From Bilabrum cf. latius (Eukaryota): DNA of 64,000 nucleotides. The notes under the pieces are model-generated. The model was not told where the DNA came from, searched no databases, and worked only from the letters and a program-made list of their open reading frames with translations. Positions 52,264-63,283 of this stretch are shown here, piece after piece (the stretch's first letter is position 1; each line of letters starts with the position of its first letter). The stretch spans positions 310,001 to 374,000 of the forward strand of contig OZ237743.1 in the NCBI GenBank assembly GCA_965178125.1, in the 5' to 3' direction. The position numbers and the translations under genes were made by a program.

Positions 52264-52337
52264 AGCGTTTTCCATTTTCGTCAAAACTGTATGCGTCCAG
52301 TGAAACACTATTATCGTTATCTATACTATAGAAGGAA

Positions 52338-53249
52338 ATGCCCTCATTCACTTGGACTCACACTTCAGACACCATACCAATTGCGAAAGACACAGAATAG
52401 AACAGGATATTGTTTCTAGATAAGAGGGACGACCATGAGACGAAGTTTGGCGACAACGACGACATGACAGCGGAAGATTTAGAGCTCACGGAAGTTCTTA
52501 AGAATAAAGTGTCAATGAAGCGTTTGGATTTACTCCGCAAACATTTAATCCAGTCTGTAGAACCTTTGGATAGCGATATGAAGCGGTTCTATGACTTGGC
52601 GTAGGAAAAGAAGCGAAAGGAAGTCAGTCTGCGGAAAGGACAATTTGACCCAATGCCGAGTGGGAAAGGGCGGGAAGTGATATATATTACTGCTCCAAGC
52701 GGTGCGGGGAAGTCTACATGGGTTTCCAAGTATTCCAGGAACTATTCCAGACTTTTCCCAGACCAAAAAATTGTCTTGTTCTCACGCTTGGAAGACGATG
52801 AGGTGTTAGACGCGATCCCGTCTCTCGTGAGAATCCAATTAGATGAAGAATTAGTAGAGAATCCCATTGACATTCACACCGAATTAAAGGACTGTCTGGT
52901 GATTCTAGACGATATTGACACGGTGAATGACAAGAAAATCCGTTTGGCATTGGAATAGTTGTAGGACGACTGTCTGTAGACCGGAAGGCACTCAAACACT
53001 TCTTGTTTAATTACCAGTCATTTAAGCACCAATTATAAGAGCACCAGGATAGTGTTAGCGGAATCCCACAAAGTGGTTATTTTTCCAAGGGCTTCCAGCG
53101 CTCACTCTTTGCGTTATTTGTTGAATAAATACGTTGGACTTGAGAAACAAGACATTTCTAAAGTGATGAAATTACCGAGCCGTTGGGTGTGTATCCATAG
53201 GAATTATCCTAGATATGTTTTAGGCGAGAGGTAGGCATACATAGTGTAA
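52338..53249 (+). CDS. FtsK/HerA-type genome packaging ATPase, 303 aa
   Basis: YITAPSGAGKS, LVILDD, L[TAG]TGRH, SRWVCI...YP; ends TAA. Confidence 0.92.
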
Positions 53250-53257
53250 AAGCTTTT

Positions 53258-53725
53258 TCAAAATAAATTTTGCTCCTTTACATATTTACTTGCTTGTGGA
53301 AGAGACATGCCAGTCTGCTCCATTACCGCCTTTACTACTTTATTCCTTTGTTTCATTTTCTCACTTATTTTCCTCTTACGCCCTTCCGTGGGCTTTTGGG
53401 AAAAGCTCTTACGTTTTCCAGAACCGCCCAGAGATAATCCACCGATATTGGATAAATCCTCTACTGGGGTTCGGAGATTGTCAAAACTGCCGACATGAAA
53501 AGGGGTTTTCTCTTGCTTTCCCGCCAGTTTCTTCCAGATCTGTTTGCCCTTGGCGACTACACCTTGTCCCAAGGTCTTAAATATGAACTTCATCGCCTTG
53601 GCATCATCCGTCCATTTTCCGCCTTGGAGATTGGGGGACACTTGGGCGATTCTCTCGTTGGCGTCCTTCTGTTTCTGCTACACTAGCTATGCCGTCCGCT
53701 TCCTAATGTATTCGTCAATATCCAT
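53258..53725 (-). CDS. 155-aa basic putative virion core/DNA-binding protein
   Basis: Several GG motifs; C-terminal RNKVVKAVMEQTGMSLPQASKYVKEQNLF resembles a motif recurrent in virophage proteins. Confidence 0.65.
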
Positions 53726-53934
53726 TATAGTATAGAATGAGTTTTTTTTAAAGAAATATGCTCTTTCATTGTTTTCCATTGCTTTCCATAGATTTCCAAA
53801 CATTTCCCTCGGTTTTCCACCCATTTCCAATCCGCTTGAAAAACGCTTGGAAAACAAGATGCTCGGCCTTTGGCCTCCGCTCTTTCCATTCTTTTCAAAA
53901 GGATCTTTATTAAAACGTAATCTTATAGTAAAGC

Positions 53935-55278
53935 ATGTCATTCCAATCACCAAACGTCCAAGCACTCATACAACAAGCCCTTGGAAAACAGCTAGACTGG
54001 GCGAAATTGTAGGATTTAGAAGCAAAAGACACCGCCGACCTGGAAAGCGAATACGCTTCCTATATTAGGTAGAAAAGTAAAATAGAACGATTGAAGGAGA
54101 GTGGAAAATATGGAACGCCTTCTATGAGGAAGAAAGCGGACCAAACCAACTAGGAAATCGTGGGGAAATCCATCGCTGGGATCATGAAGGGAGTGGTTGA
54201 GGGAGAGCTGGGAAAAGCGCGGAAAGCGACGGAAGCTTTAAAACAGTTCTTGGGAAGCATCAACGTGAGTGGGGAAATGAAGGAATACTTGGGGAGACAA
54301 ATTGTAAACATAGCGACCCTTGCGAGGAAGGGATACGCAGGCTTGCGTAAAGTCCCATCAGAAGATATGAAAATCTTGAATAACCTTAGAGAAATTGTTT
54401 AGAGTTCAGCAGGATAGCCGCATACTATACCACGAGGACTTCGTGAAACACCAGAACGGACTGTTGAGAGAACACCGCAGTTGCGAGAAGAAGAGGCAGA
54501 AAGGGACGACGAAGACAACGACGAAAGACCTGAGCCGACAAGAACGAACAGGCAATTGCGAACCATCCTAAAAGATATGGGAAAAGCAAATATTGATACA
54601 AGCCAATTACTTCGTTTAAGAGACGCAAAAGACCAGCGACTAGCAGCCCGCATTTGGGACGCAAACAGAGACCAAGGGATAGAGTATGCTTTACAATTCG
54701 CCAGCGGCTCCACGGTATCACCAGCCAAAACACGAGCAAGACGACAAAAGGAAGCAGACATTCCACTGGAAGACCCGCCAGCGCAGCCTCAACCACAAAG
54801 AAAGTTCCGACCACAGAAAGAGATAGAGAAAGATATGGATAACGCATATCAGGCAGGATTCATTACAGAGGATGAAGTTAGACTATTCCAGCGAATTAAA
54901 GATTCCAGCGACAGGAAGGTGGTGCGAGCGTTTTGGGATAGGCATAAAAATTTACCGCTTAAACGAGCCATTCAAATTGTAGACCCGCAGTTGTGGACTG
55001 AAGAAGAGGCGGAAGTGAGACGAATGTAGCGGGAGGGACGGGCTCCAAGTTTCGCATCACCTATACAGAAAGGAGCCAAGAAAGGAGCCAAGAAGGGAGC
55101 CAGGAAAGGAGCCGTGCGAGGGCGCGGACGATTAAATCCATAGGAATCACACCTTTTCCAGACCGCTAAGAATGTTTCCAAGAAGGTAAAGGGAGCGACC
55201 AAAGACATTCAAGACTAGGTTGCGGACGAAGTGATTTCTCTACTTAAATCTACTGCTATACTATATAGCACAGAATGA
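53935..55278 (+). CDS. 447-aa charged/coiled-coil hypothetical protein with KGAK repeats
   Basis: One frame across several TAGs; ends TGA overlapping the next ATG. Confidence 0.7.
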
Positions 55279-55487
55279 CGGAAGAATGGAGTTACAATAA
55301 ATACTATTACGAGAAAAATAAGGAACGCTTAAAGAAAAAGGTGGAGTGCGGGTGCGGTTCCAAAGTAGCTCGCTACAATTTGTAGCACCACAGGAAAACC
55401 AAGAAACACATGGCGTGGGAAACCGATGAAACCAAGCAGGAAATCCAACGACTCAAGGACGAGTTAAAATGCTTGAAGCATGAATAA
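55275..55487 (+). CDS. 70-aa zinc-finger protein
   Basis: YYEKNKE...VECGCG......NL[TAG]HHRKTKKH. Confidence 0.75.
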
Positions 55488-55638
55488 AAGAGCTTTTTAG
55501 GAAAAACCTCAGCCAAAAAGAATTCAGAGAGTCCTTAAGTAGTTTTGGTTAAGCAAGATGCTCGGCCTTTGGCCTCCGCTCTTTTCATTCTTTTTGAAAG
55601 GATAATCTTAAAAGCTTACTATATATATATATAAACGT

Positions 55639-56814
55639 ATGTCCGTCTCTAATCTATTAGTGCCGAACTCATATAGGTTGTATTGTCAGAGTATAACACC
55701 CGTTGAAGGTGGTGGAGGTGGCGGAACACCGAGTCTATCAAGTGTTCTACAGGTGGGAAATGATGCTGGAAATACTACAATCACAAATGTTGCCCTTCCA
55801 GTCAATAACCAAGATGTTGCTACGAAGCAATATGTGGATTCCACGAGTGGCGGAGGAGGTGGTGGAGGAGTAACACCAAACCTAACTGCTGTGCTGACAC
55901 AAAGTGGAGACGCGGGAAACCTTACCATATCAAATCTAAAGTCTCTGCGAATGGCAACAGGAGGCAACGGGGAAATCCAAACACCTTTTTCGGGGAACGC
56001 CTCTTTGGGATACACCCGTTAGACAGATGAAAGTGCTTTGTTTGAATACTATGCGAACTATGGAACGGGAAGTAAGAACCCTATGACACGACTTTATACA
56101 GGAAACGGGAACGAAGATGGAACGAACGCCGAATTTATGGTGTATGGGACAATTGAGTCTAACAAAGGGGTCATGGGGGGTATGACGCTCACAGGTGCGA
56201 TTGACGGAGATAAACAAAGAGAACAACCCACCATCACACTTCAAACCACACCAAGTCCTCTCAAGAACCAAATAGAGGGAAGGAATACAAATGGAACTCC
56301 AGCAAACAACTTCATTCAATTCTGGATTGATGATGGTAGTGGAAATCTGGTAGGCACAGCACAGATACGTGGAGATGGAACTATGTTCGTGTAGAATGGA
56401 GTTGTTCCTTTCACGGGAGCACACGTGGGAACGCTGGGAAGCGGTCCGAAACCAAAGATTGGGTAGGTTATGTCAGTAAGAACTGCGACGGTAAACGATG
56501 TGTCTAATTGCGAGTTTTCATTCAGGGTTTGCGATCACACAAGCGTTCCATTTGGAGTCTTTAGCGGAGAGGGAAAGGATGGGGAAATACGGGTGAATTC
56601 CGTGGGAGAAGGTGCTGTCCTTTGTCTGCGAGATGACAGCGTTCCTATTTTGGCAGGGGACTATCTGTCTATCTCAAGAACGAAAAAAGGATATGTGGAA
56701 AAGTCCAGGAGTTCTCAATTTTCTAAATGGGTCGTTGGGAAAGCAATCGTAGATGTTGAGTGGGACGACGAGGAGGAGGAAAAGTTAATTCCAGTGGTAT
56801 ATTATTGCGGATAA
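55639..56814 (+). CDS. Fibre-like protein with a C-terminal chaperone-like domain, 391 aa
   Basis: VLQVGNDAG..ITNV..P...QDVATKQYVD repeat; FTGAH..VGEG..AGDYL..PVVYYCG; three TAGs. Confidence 0.7.
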
Positions 56815-56848
56815 ACGAAAAAAGCGGAGACTATAGTATATACACAAT

Positions 56849-57373
56849 ATGAGTCTTTCCAACATCCTTCAAGACAACAGTTTCGCACTCAAGTGTGCTT
56901 CTCTCACGACTGAAGCAATCTATGGACTACAAGGAAAGGATTTGACGATTCAAACCACAAGGGCGGATTCTGGCGACGATGGATATGCTGTGGTGCTGAA
57001 AGCGTCAAATTCTACCACTACTGAAACGTGTGATATTCGGTTTGGAAATGGCGAGCTTGGAACAGCCTCGGCTCGTATTTACGCAAGGCAAGGCGGACAA
57101 ACTCAACAAGATGACATAGATGGGTCGTATTTCCTTGGTGGGTATTGTGTTCTTTCCAAAGGGGGGGCGGGTCTTGGTCTTCCAGTAAGGACTGCGACCT
57201 AGATTGGAGACTCCACGGATACTTGTAATAAAACAGGTCGTCCAGAAGACACAAAACGAGCGGGTGTGCTTCTGTTTAATTCTACAGATTCTATTGTGAT
57301 GGTTTCCGTAGGTGATGACTCTACGAGTGCTTGGAAGGAAGTGGGTGGAACAACCACCATAACACCATCATGA
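56849..57373 (+). CDS. Second fibre-like protein, 174 aa
   Basis: N-terminus MSLSNILQDNSFALKCASLT parallels MSVSNLLVPNSYRLYCQSIT; one TAG; ends TGA. Confidence 0.55.
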
Positions 57374-57467
57374 TGTATCTCCAAAGAACCCTAAGGGCTT
57401 TTTGTAGAATACCTATCCGGTAGTTCAATACAATCACTATTGTAAGGAAATCATTCTATTGACTCCT

Positions 57468-59312
57468 TCACTATAGGAACACCTTTTTCTTCGCGTGAGT
57501 AATCACACACTCCCCCTGAGTCTCTAATTTCCACTCTCCGAGGTTTTCCGAGAGTTTCAAGGGGATTTCCACATCGCTCACAAATCCGTCCGTATTCACA
57601 TAGTGGATTCTATCTAGGTGCGGTTCTATCACCTTGGAAAGTTTCCGCCGACCAAATGCTGTTAGGAAAGGGCCTAGACGAGCATAGCAAGTTCTATAGG
57701 TATATGTTTGTGTCGCTAGAATGCCTTTTACCCTTCTTCCACCGTCCTACATGAAGGCGTCCTTAAGCGTTCTGAAGTCCACAACTTCGTCGTCGCTGGA
57801 AATGGTCTTTACTACCTAATTCTTTTGACACAACGCACCCCATACAGAATTAAGCAGTTGTTTTGCTGTTTTAAATCCTTTCTTTTTATATCCAAAGAGT
57901 CGCTCCACCAAACCCTTGAAGAGACTGACTGCCTTGATTCGCCTGTCTTTCTCGTAGATTAGGGCATTCGCCTGACCGTCTTGAATGATGGAAAAGGTCG
58001 CCCCTGTTTCCTACGCCCTTACTATATCGTGGTGAGTCCAATAATCGTTTTTGCGTGGCTGGATAAGCTTGGGATTTAGGTGTTCCACCTTTACCCTGTA
58101 AATCCCGAATTTCCAACCGAAGTCCTCTGGGGTCTGGGAAAGCGTCTGGAAATCTCCGGAAAGGATTGGAAACTACATCTATGACTTCAATATGCTTGGA
58201 TAGAAGCTATTCATGTCGTATTGGTATGCTTTCTCCAGTTTCGTGTCGTTGTTCGCCCAGTTCAGTCCGCCACCAGACGCCTTGGAAATCCACTCCGCCT
58301 CTTTGCGCCCCAAAGGCTCGGCTGGGAAAAGCTTGGAAAACTTGGAAAAGTAATGCTTTACGTAGTAGGAAGGTCTATATCCATATTTAGATAGATCCAT
58401 ATACCCACCAGTCTCTTGAGAGAGTGTCTCGGCGTCCTCGTGGATTCGCCTCCAGGTCGGTTCTAGGTCTTCCTCTACAGAGACTTTCCAAAGACTCTTT
58501 GTATGTATATCTGTTCTTAATCGTGATTCAATATGTCTAGTTGCTCCGTCATACATGATATATTCGCTTTCCGCCTTTTTCCAGTAGGTGATTAGGCGAA
58601 CTGACTCCTTCGTGGGAATACACATTAAATCTTTCTGGGATTCTGGGGAAATGAACTCGTAATGTCCGTTTGTAAGGGAGATGCTCGCCAAGGGGTCGTA
58701 AGACTTTCCAGATGTGTAGGAAAAGTCTCCAGTCAGATGAATGCGGATCTTCAGGTAATCCTCTACCTCGGGAATTCTCTTGTAGTGGATTGGTTCGCTC
58801 CGTCCTAGGTTCAGTTGGGACTTTAGCTGGGCGGGGGAAATCCTATGGAAACCACTTTTATACTTGCCATTTACCTTCTTGTTTCCTCTAAATCCTACTT
58901 GGAAGGGAAAAGCCTTCTTTAGGGCGTTATACAGACAGTCGTTATTCTCGTCCTTTCCGCCCCTCGGATTGTCCTTGGGAAGCAAAAGAAGTTCAAATGT
59001 GTTTAGTCTGCGGTGTTCCTACTCATCTACATCCTCGTCTTCGTATCCCTTCCACAGAGAGGTAGTTTCCTTCAAGTCTTCCGTGGTGATCCAAGCACTC
59101 CTTGTCCGCCACCCTTCCTCCACAAAATTGAGGTTTATCTTGAACTTGTATCCGTCAAAGGGATTCTCTCCGTCCTCGTCGTAGTCCTTGATAAAATCCA
59201 TCACATCCTTTACAGTGATTAGCTCGTCCGCATGGAACCTAACGCTCCAAATTGGAACGCCGTTGAGTCTCAAGTTGGTCCTCTCGGGTTCGCCGAAATC
59301 AATCTCAACCAT
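57468..59312 (-). CDS. Protein-primed family B DNA polymerase, inner virophage, 614 aa
   Basis: YDMNSFYP, KQLLNSVWG, YVNTDG, LGEWKLE; collinear with 42989..44767; ends TAG-TGA. Confidence 0.92.
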
Positions 59313-59453
59313 TCTAGAGTATATAATATACTATAGACTACCAAATTATACTTAATGTGTGAGCCTCACGATGCCCTTCCGTGGGCAGACTACGGGTGAA
59401 ACGAGAAGCAACGCTTCTCCGCTATGGGTTTTGCTGTCCTTTTCTGAAAAGGA

Positions 59454-61136
59454 TTACGCCTCGTCAATTTTACACAGAGACAGTTTCAGAGATTTCCCAC
59501 GCTTTCCAAGGGGTTTTCCTTTGGGTTTTGGTGGGTTTTCCTTCATCCATGCGGTGATTGCTACACATGACTCGGCCGACAGTTTCTTCTATGTTTTCCT
59601 GTGGAAAAGCTAATTGTCGTCCATTTCCCTCTCCAGTTCCAACTCTTCTATGCGTTCCGTTTGCTCCTGTAGTTTCTTCTACATTTCCTATAGTTGTTCT
59701 CGTAGCAGTTCCACCTCGGTCTTGGCTTTCTCTACCTCTGCTTCTTGGCGGAGAGCTTTGAACTTCTTCCGAAACCCTTCCAATAGGTCTTTGTGCTTAA
59801 CCTTAAACTCTTGTTTTCTCTGTGAGTTCATCGTGGAATACACACCTACTTCCGCCAACTGTTCCTTAATCTTCGGCGTGGAGAGGTTCTTGATTTGTCC
59901 CTTCAGTTCGTCCTTTAGGTAGTTGCGGAAGGCCATCACGGAAATGTGGAAATCTTTTCTCTCGTCCAACCACTCTTCCTTTAGCGTCCGCAGGATAGGG
60001 TGTGCCCCTTGTAAAATCCCCTTATGGAAATTCTAGGATTTCGGAGCGTATAGTCCCTTGAACTCAGGTGAGTCGTCGTAGACTTTCGCGAGGTATAGGA
60101 AGAACGCCCTCGCCACCTCTTTGCTCTCCGTTGCTTCCTTGAGTTTCTTAAAGTATTCCTTGTCGCCTTTCCTGGATGTGTTTACATCCAACACGCAATA
60201 TCTGCGGATTTCCTCTGTAATTTTGATGGGTGCGTCGTTCGTGTCAATAACGAGGTTGAAGGTGTTGGGACGGCTCTCGGTCTTGACGAATTTCTCATTA
60301 CAGGAAAAGGTCTTCTCGGTAATTAGATTGCGTAGGGTCGCCTACATAGCGTTCCATCTAGTATTGGAAGCTTTTGGAATCTCATTGAAGTTCACAAGTA
60401 GTTTTCCATCTAGGATAGAGTTGAAGGCATCGGGCTGAAGCATGGCGTTCGTGAGCGTCTGGAGCGTCAGGGTGTATCCAAGGAGTTTTCTCATAAGGAA
60501 CGTAATGATGATAGATTTACCAGTTCCCTACGGAGACTTTAGATACAGGGCGGTCTGGAGTTTTTCCCCGCCTACAATCACGTGTGCCAGCCACTTCATC
60601 ACGAAGTCAAACTGGGTGTCGTCCTCGCTCGTCCAGACCTTGTGGATATGTTCGGAAATACGAATCACGCCTTCCCGTGCGTCTTCAGGCACGTCTTCTA
60701 GGTTTCCGCAGTTTTCCCGAGTCATCAGGGGTTTTCCCATGAGGTTAATCGTTTGCTTCTCGTAGTCCACAGTGGGTGCGTTGAATCGTCTCACCACCCG
60801 AAAAACATCTGTGTTCTCGTTAAAGAACCAATCACGAGCAGACCAATCCTTCACCTTCCTATTGTTTACCATTCGGTAGATACAGTGTCCGCCAATTAGG
60901 TAGTTCTCGCTGATGTTTCGGTTCGCCAAGAACTACCAAACTGGTTTCTAGGGATTCTCGTCGGAAATGTTCTAGCGGTTCAGTTCATCCCCCTAGAGGA
61001 AATACACGCCTCCACCTTGGTCGTGGGTGCGGTAGAAATATTGTTGAATGTATTTGATACAATCCTCCTGATTTCCAGTATCACAGAGTTGCTTGAGGGT
61101 TCTGGCGGAAAAGGCAACGGTTGGCATCTGAGACAT
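59454..61136 (-). CDS. SF3 helicase, inner virophage, 560 aa
   Basis: LYLKSP[TAG]GTGKS, LLVNFNE, VIDTN, EIRRY; ends TAA. Confidence 0.9.
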
Positions 61137-61347
61137 TTTCTGTTGGTTATACTATATACTACCAAAATATACTTAAGTGCTGATGCGTCAATTTTCCAGA
61201 GAGTCATCTGAGACATTTCCAGAGATTTTCAGAGGTTTCCAAAGATTTCCAAGAGATTTCCATAGCTTTCCAACGATTGGAAAAATATAGGTAGTGCGTT
61301 AGTCTTAAGGTATGGAATTTTCCCCACTCATCTTCATTGTTCGCCAC

Positions 61348-62427
61348 TTATGTCAGGTCTATTGGGGCTATCCCAAACTCCGCTGGAAGTTGCTTTTTGG
61401 CGTCTTCTAGGGTTTCCCACGTCCAATCCTTTTCGTTTGGAAGACCGTCCCATTCCACTTTGACTCTCGTTGGTTCTCGGGTATGGACTTTCTTCATATC
61501 CTTTCTGCGGATTGCCTTGGTGTTGTGGAGCTCATCGTCGTCAATTATCTATAGTTCTTCCTTTGTGTAGGCTACTTTGTGTTTCTAATCCACGACATAT
61601 AAAGGGGGCTACCCTGGTCGCAGAAGCACCTTGGTAATTTGTCGCTCGGTCGGGTCGTAGCGTAAATCACTGGCTCTAAATGAACCCATGAGTTTCTTGG
61701 AGAGTTTGTAGGCCTCTCTAGGTTCTTCCAATGGAATCCTAACAATTGTTCCCTTTTCCAAGATATCGCAAGCCTTTCCCCTACAGTGGGTCGCTCCAAA
61801 GTCAGTCGTGGGAATGGGTGGGTTTTCTTTGAGTTTCTCTTTCTGGAATTCGTTGTAATCATTGACAATCGTAGGTATTAAATCCACCCAACGTCGTTCT
61901 ACTTTTCCCTTGGCTATTTCCTCTACATTCTGGACGGAATTGATGACGATTCCAAACAGCTTGTTTAGGTTTTCCACCACGGCCTGTTGTTTGTGTCGCC
62001 CTGGCTTGTTTCGGCGCACGTAAATAGGCCTTTCCTATTCTTGTAGGTGCCTTGCCAATTCGTTAAATTCATTTCCGTTGTCTATTTCTAGCCTCACGGT
62101 GGGTTGCTAGACATTTCCCCGCATGAATATCTAGAGAGCTTTTTCATAGGTTTCTTTCTGGGTTTTCTTCAATAGCGGTTCTGCGTCTATTAATTTGGTG
62201 TGTAAATCCACAGCAGTTAAAAGGTATTTATATCCTTGGTCGTTCGGCAATTGGAGTAAATCCATCTGAACGACTGCGTTTGGCTGCGGGACGTTCACCT
62301 TGGGTCTGTTCTTGCCCTTGGGTTTCTTTGGGCGTTTCATTAAATTGCGGATTCTAGAGTCCTAGGGTATGTGAACCCCTTGGAGAACATATTGGAGAAC
62401 ATTCGGGTATTCTTTCAGGATTTCCAT
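61348..62427 (-). CDS. Retroviral-type (rve, DDE) integrase with a C-terminal chromodomain-like region, 359 aa
   Basis: QMDLL..YKYLLTAVD, IDNGNEF, QAVVENLN, VKVEWDG.P...WTWE; seven TAGs; ends TAA. Confidence 0.92.
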
Positions 62428-62570
62428 TTACTATAAGGGTCGGTAGGGAAACCGTGGGAAAATCTTGGGAAATGGTGGGATACCTTGGGAAACACCAGGG
62501 ACTTCTTTGGAAAAGGTGGGATTTCTTTGGATGCTGTATGAAATTGATTGGAAACCGAGGGGAAACCTTG

Positions 62571-63023
62571 GGAAAGTCTTGGGAACCTTCGCTTCGGAGA
62601 AAGACCAGACGTTCCCTCGGCTCCCGTCTTGACTCTAGATGGAGACCGATGTAGAAACTCTTCAGTAAGTCTAAAATTGAGTTTTGCCCTGCGAAGTAGG
62701 GACAAATTCGTTCCTTCGGCTCCCGTATCCCTCTAACAGCAAACACAGGGATGTTTTTGGGAGGCCGTTGGATTCTTCAAATTTCTTCTGACACTTTTAT
62801 AAAAACATCTCTGTCATTGCTGTAGGAGAAATATAGGAGTAGTAATAAAAGATAAACTTTAAATTCCCCTACTTTGTAGGAGATAAAAAGTAGTCTGTTT
62901 TATGAGACATGGACTATGAGACACGCTACGGAATTCTACTAGGAGACTAAAGAGTAGTAGAGAGGCGCGAAGCGTCTCCTCTATATTGCTGTGGAGCCCC
63001 GCTCATCACACTTGACCCCCCCC
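62571..63023 (-). repeat. Right TIR of the inner virophage
   Basis: Reverse complement of 45303..45755. Confidence 0.95.
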
Positions 63024-63254
63024 ATTCTTTCCTAAGTAAATTCTTCCATTACCGCCATCACTGGTAATGAATGGTACACCTTTTCCGTCAGCTTGACTGA
63101 AAGAAATTCCAGCATTGCTTGCCAAGTCTCCATTACCATCAAGTGTTGATATTAAATTAAAACGATTAGTATTTATAATACTATGACCTTGGCAATCTAA
63201 TTGTTTGGCTATATTTAAATAACCGATGGTTGAAAAGGGCATATTATCCGACAT
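63024..63254 (-). pseudogene. 5' half (77 codons) of the split outer-element gene
   Basis: MSDNMPF...RIYLGKN then the TIR; continues at 45297. Confidence 0.85.
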
Positions 63255-63283
63255 ATTACAAGACTATAGATTATTTTTTTAAA

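Larger units (their letters stand above)
45303..63023. mobile_element. Inner, apparently complete mavirus-like endogenous virophage, 17.7 kb
   Basis: 453-bp TIRs, TSD ATTCT (or CATTCT), all four virophage core morphogenesis genes plus rve integrase, SF3 helicase and pPolB. Confidence 0.95.

Noticed and set aside
45910-62427. Fragmented viral ORFs read as a decayed pseudogene cluster
   Set aside because: All interruptions found are TAG, frames are preserved, TIRs are nearly identical and catalytic motifs are intact
1-63023. TAG as pyrrolysine, Glu or Leu, or a ciliate-type TAR=Gln code
   Set aside because: Paralog columns pair TAG with CAG/CAA, and TAA terminates many genes
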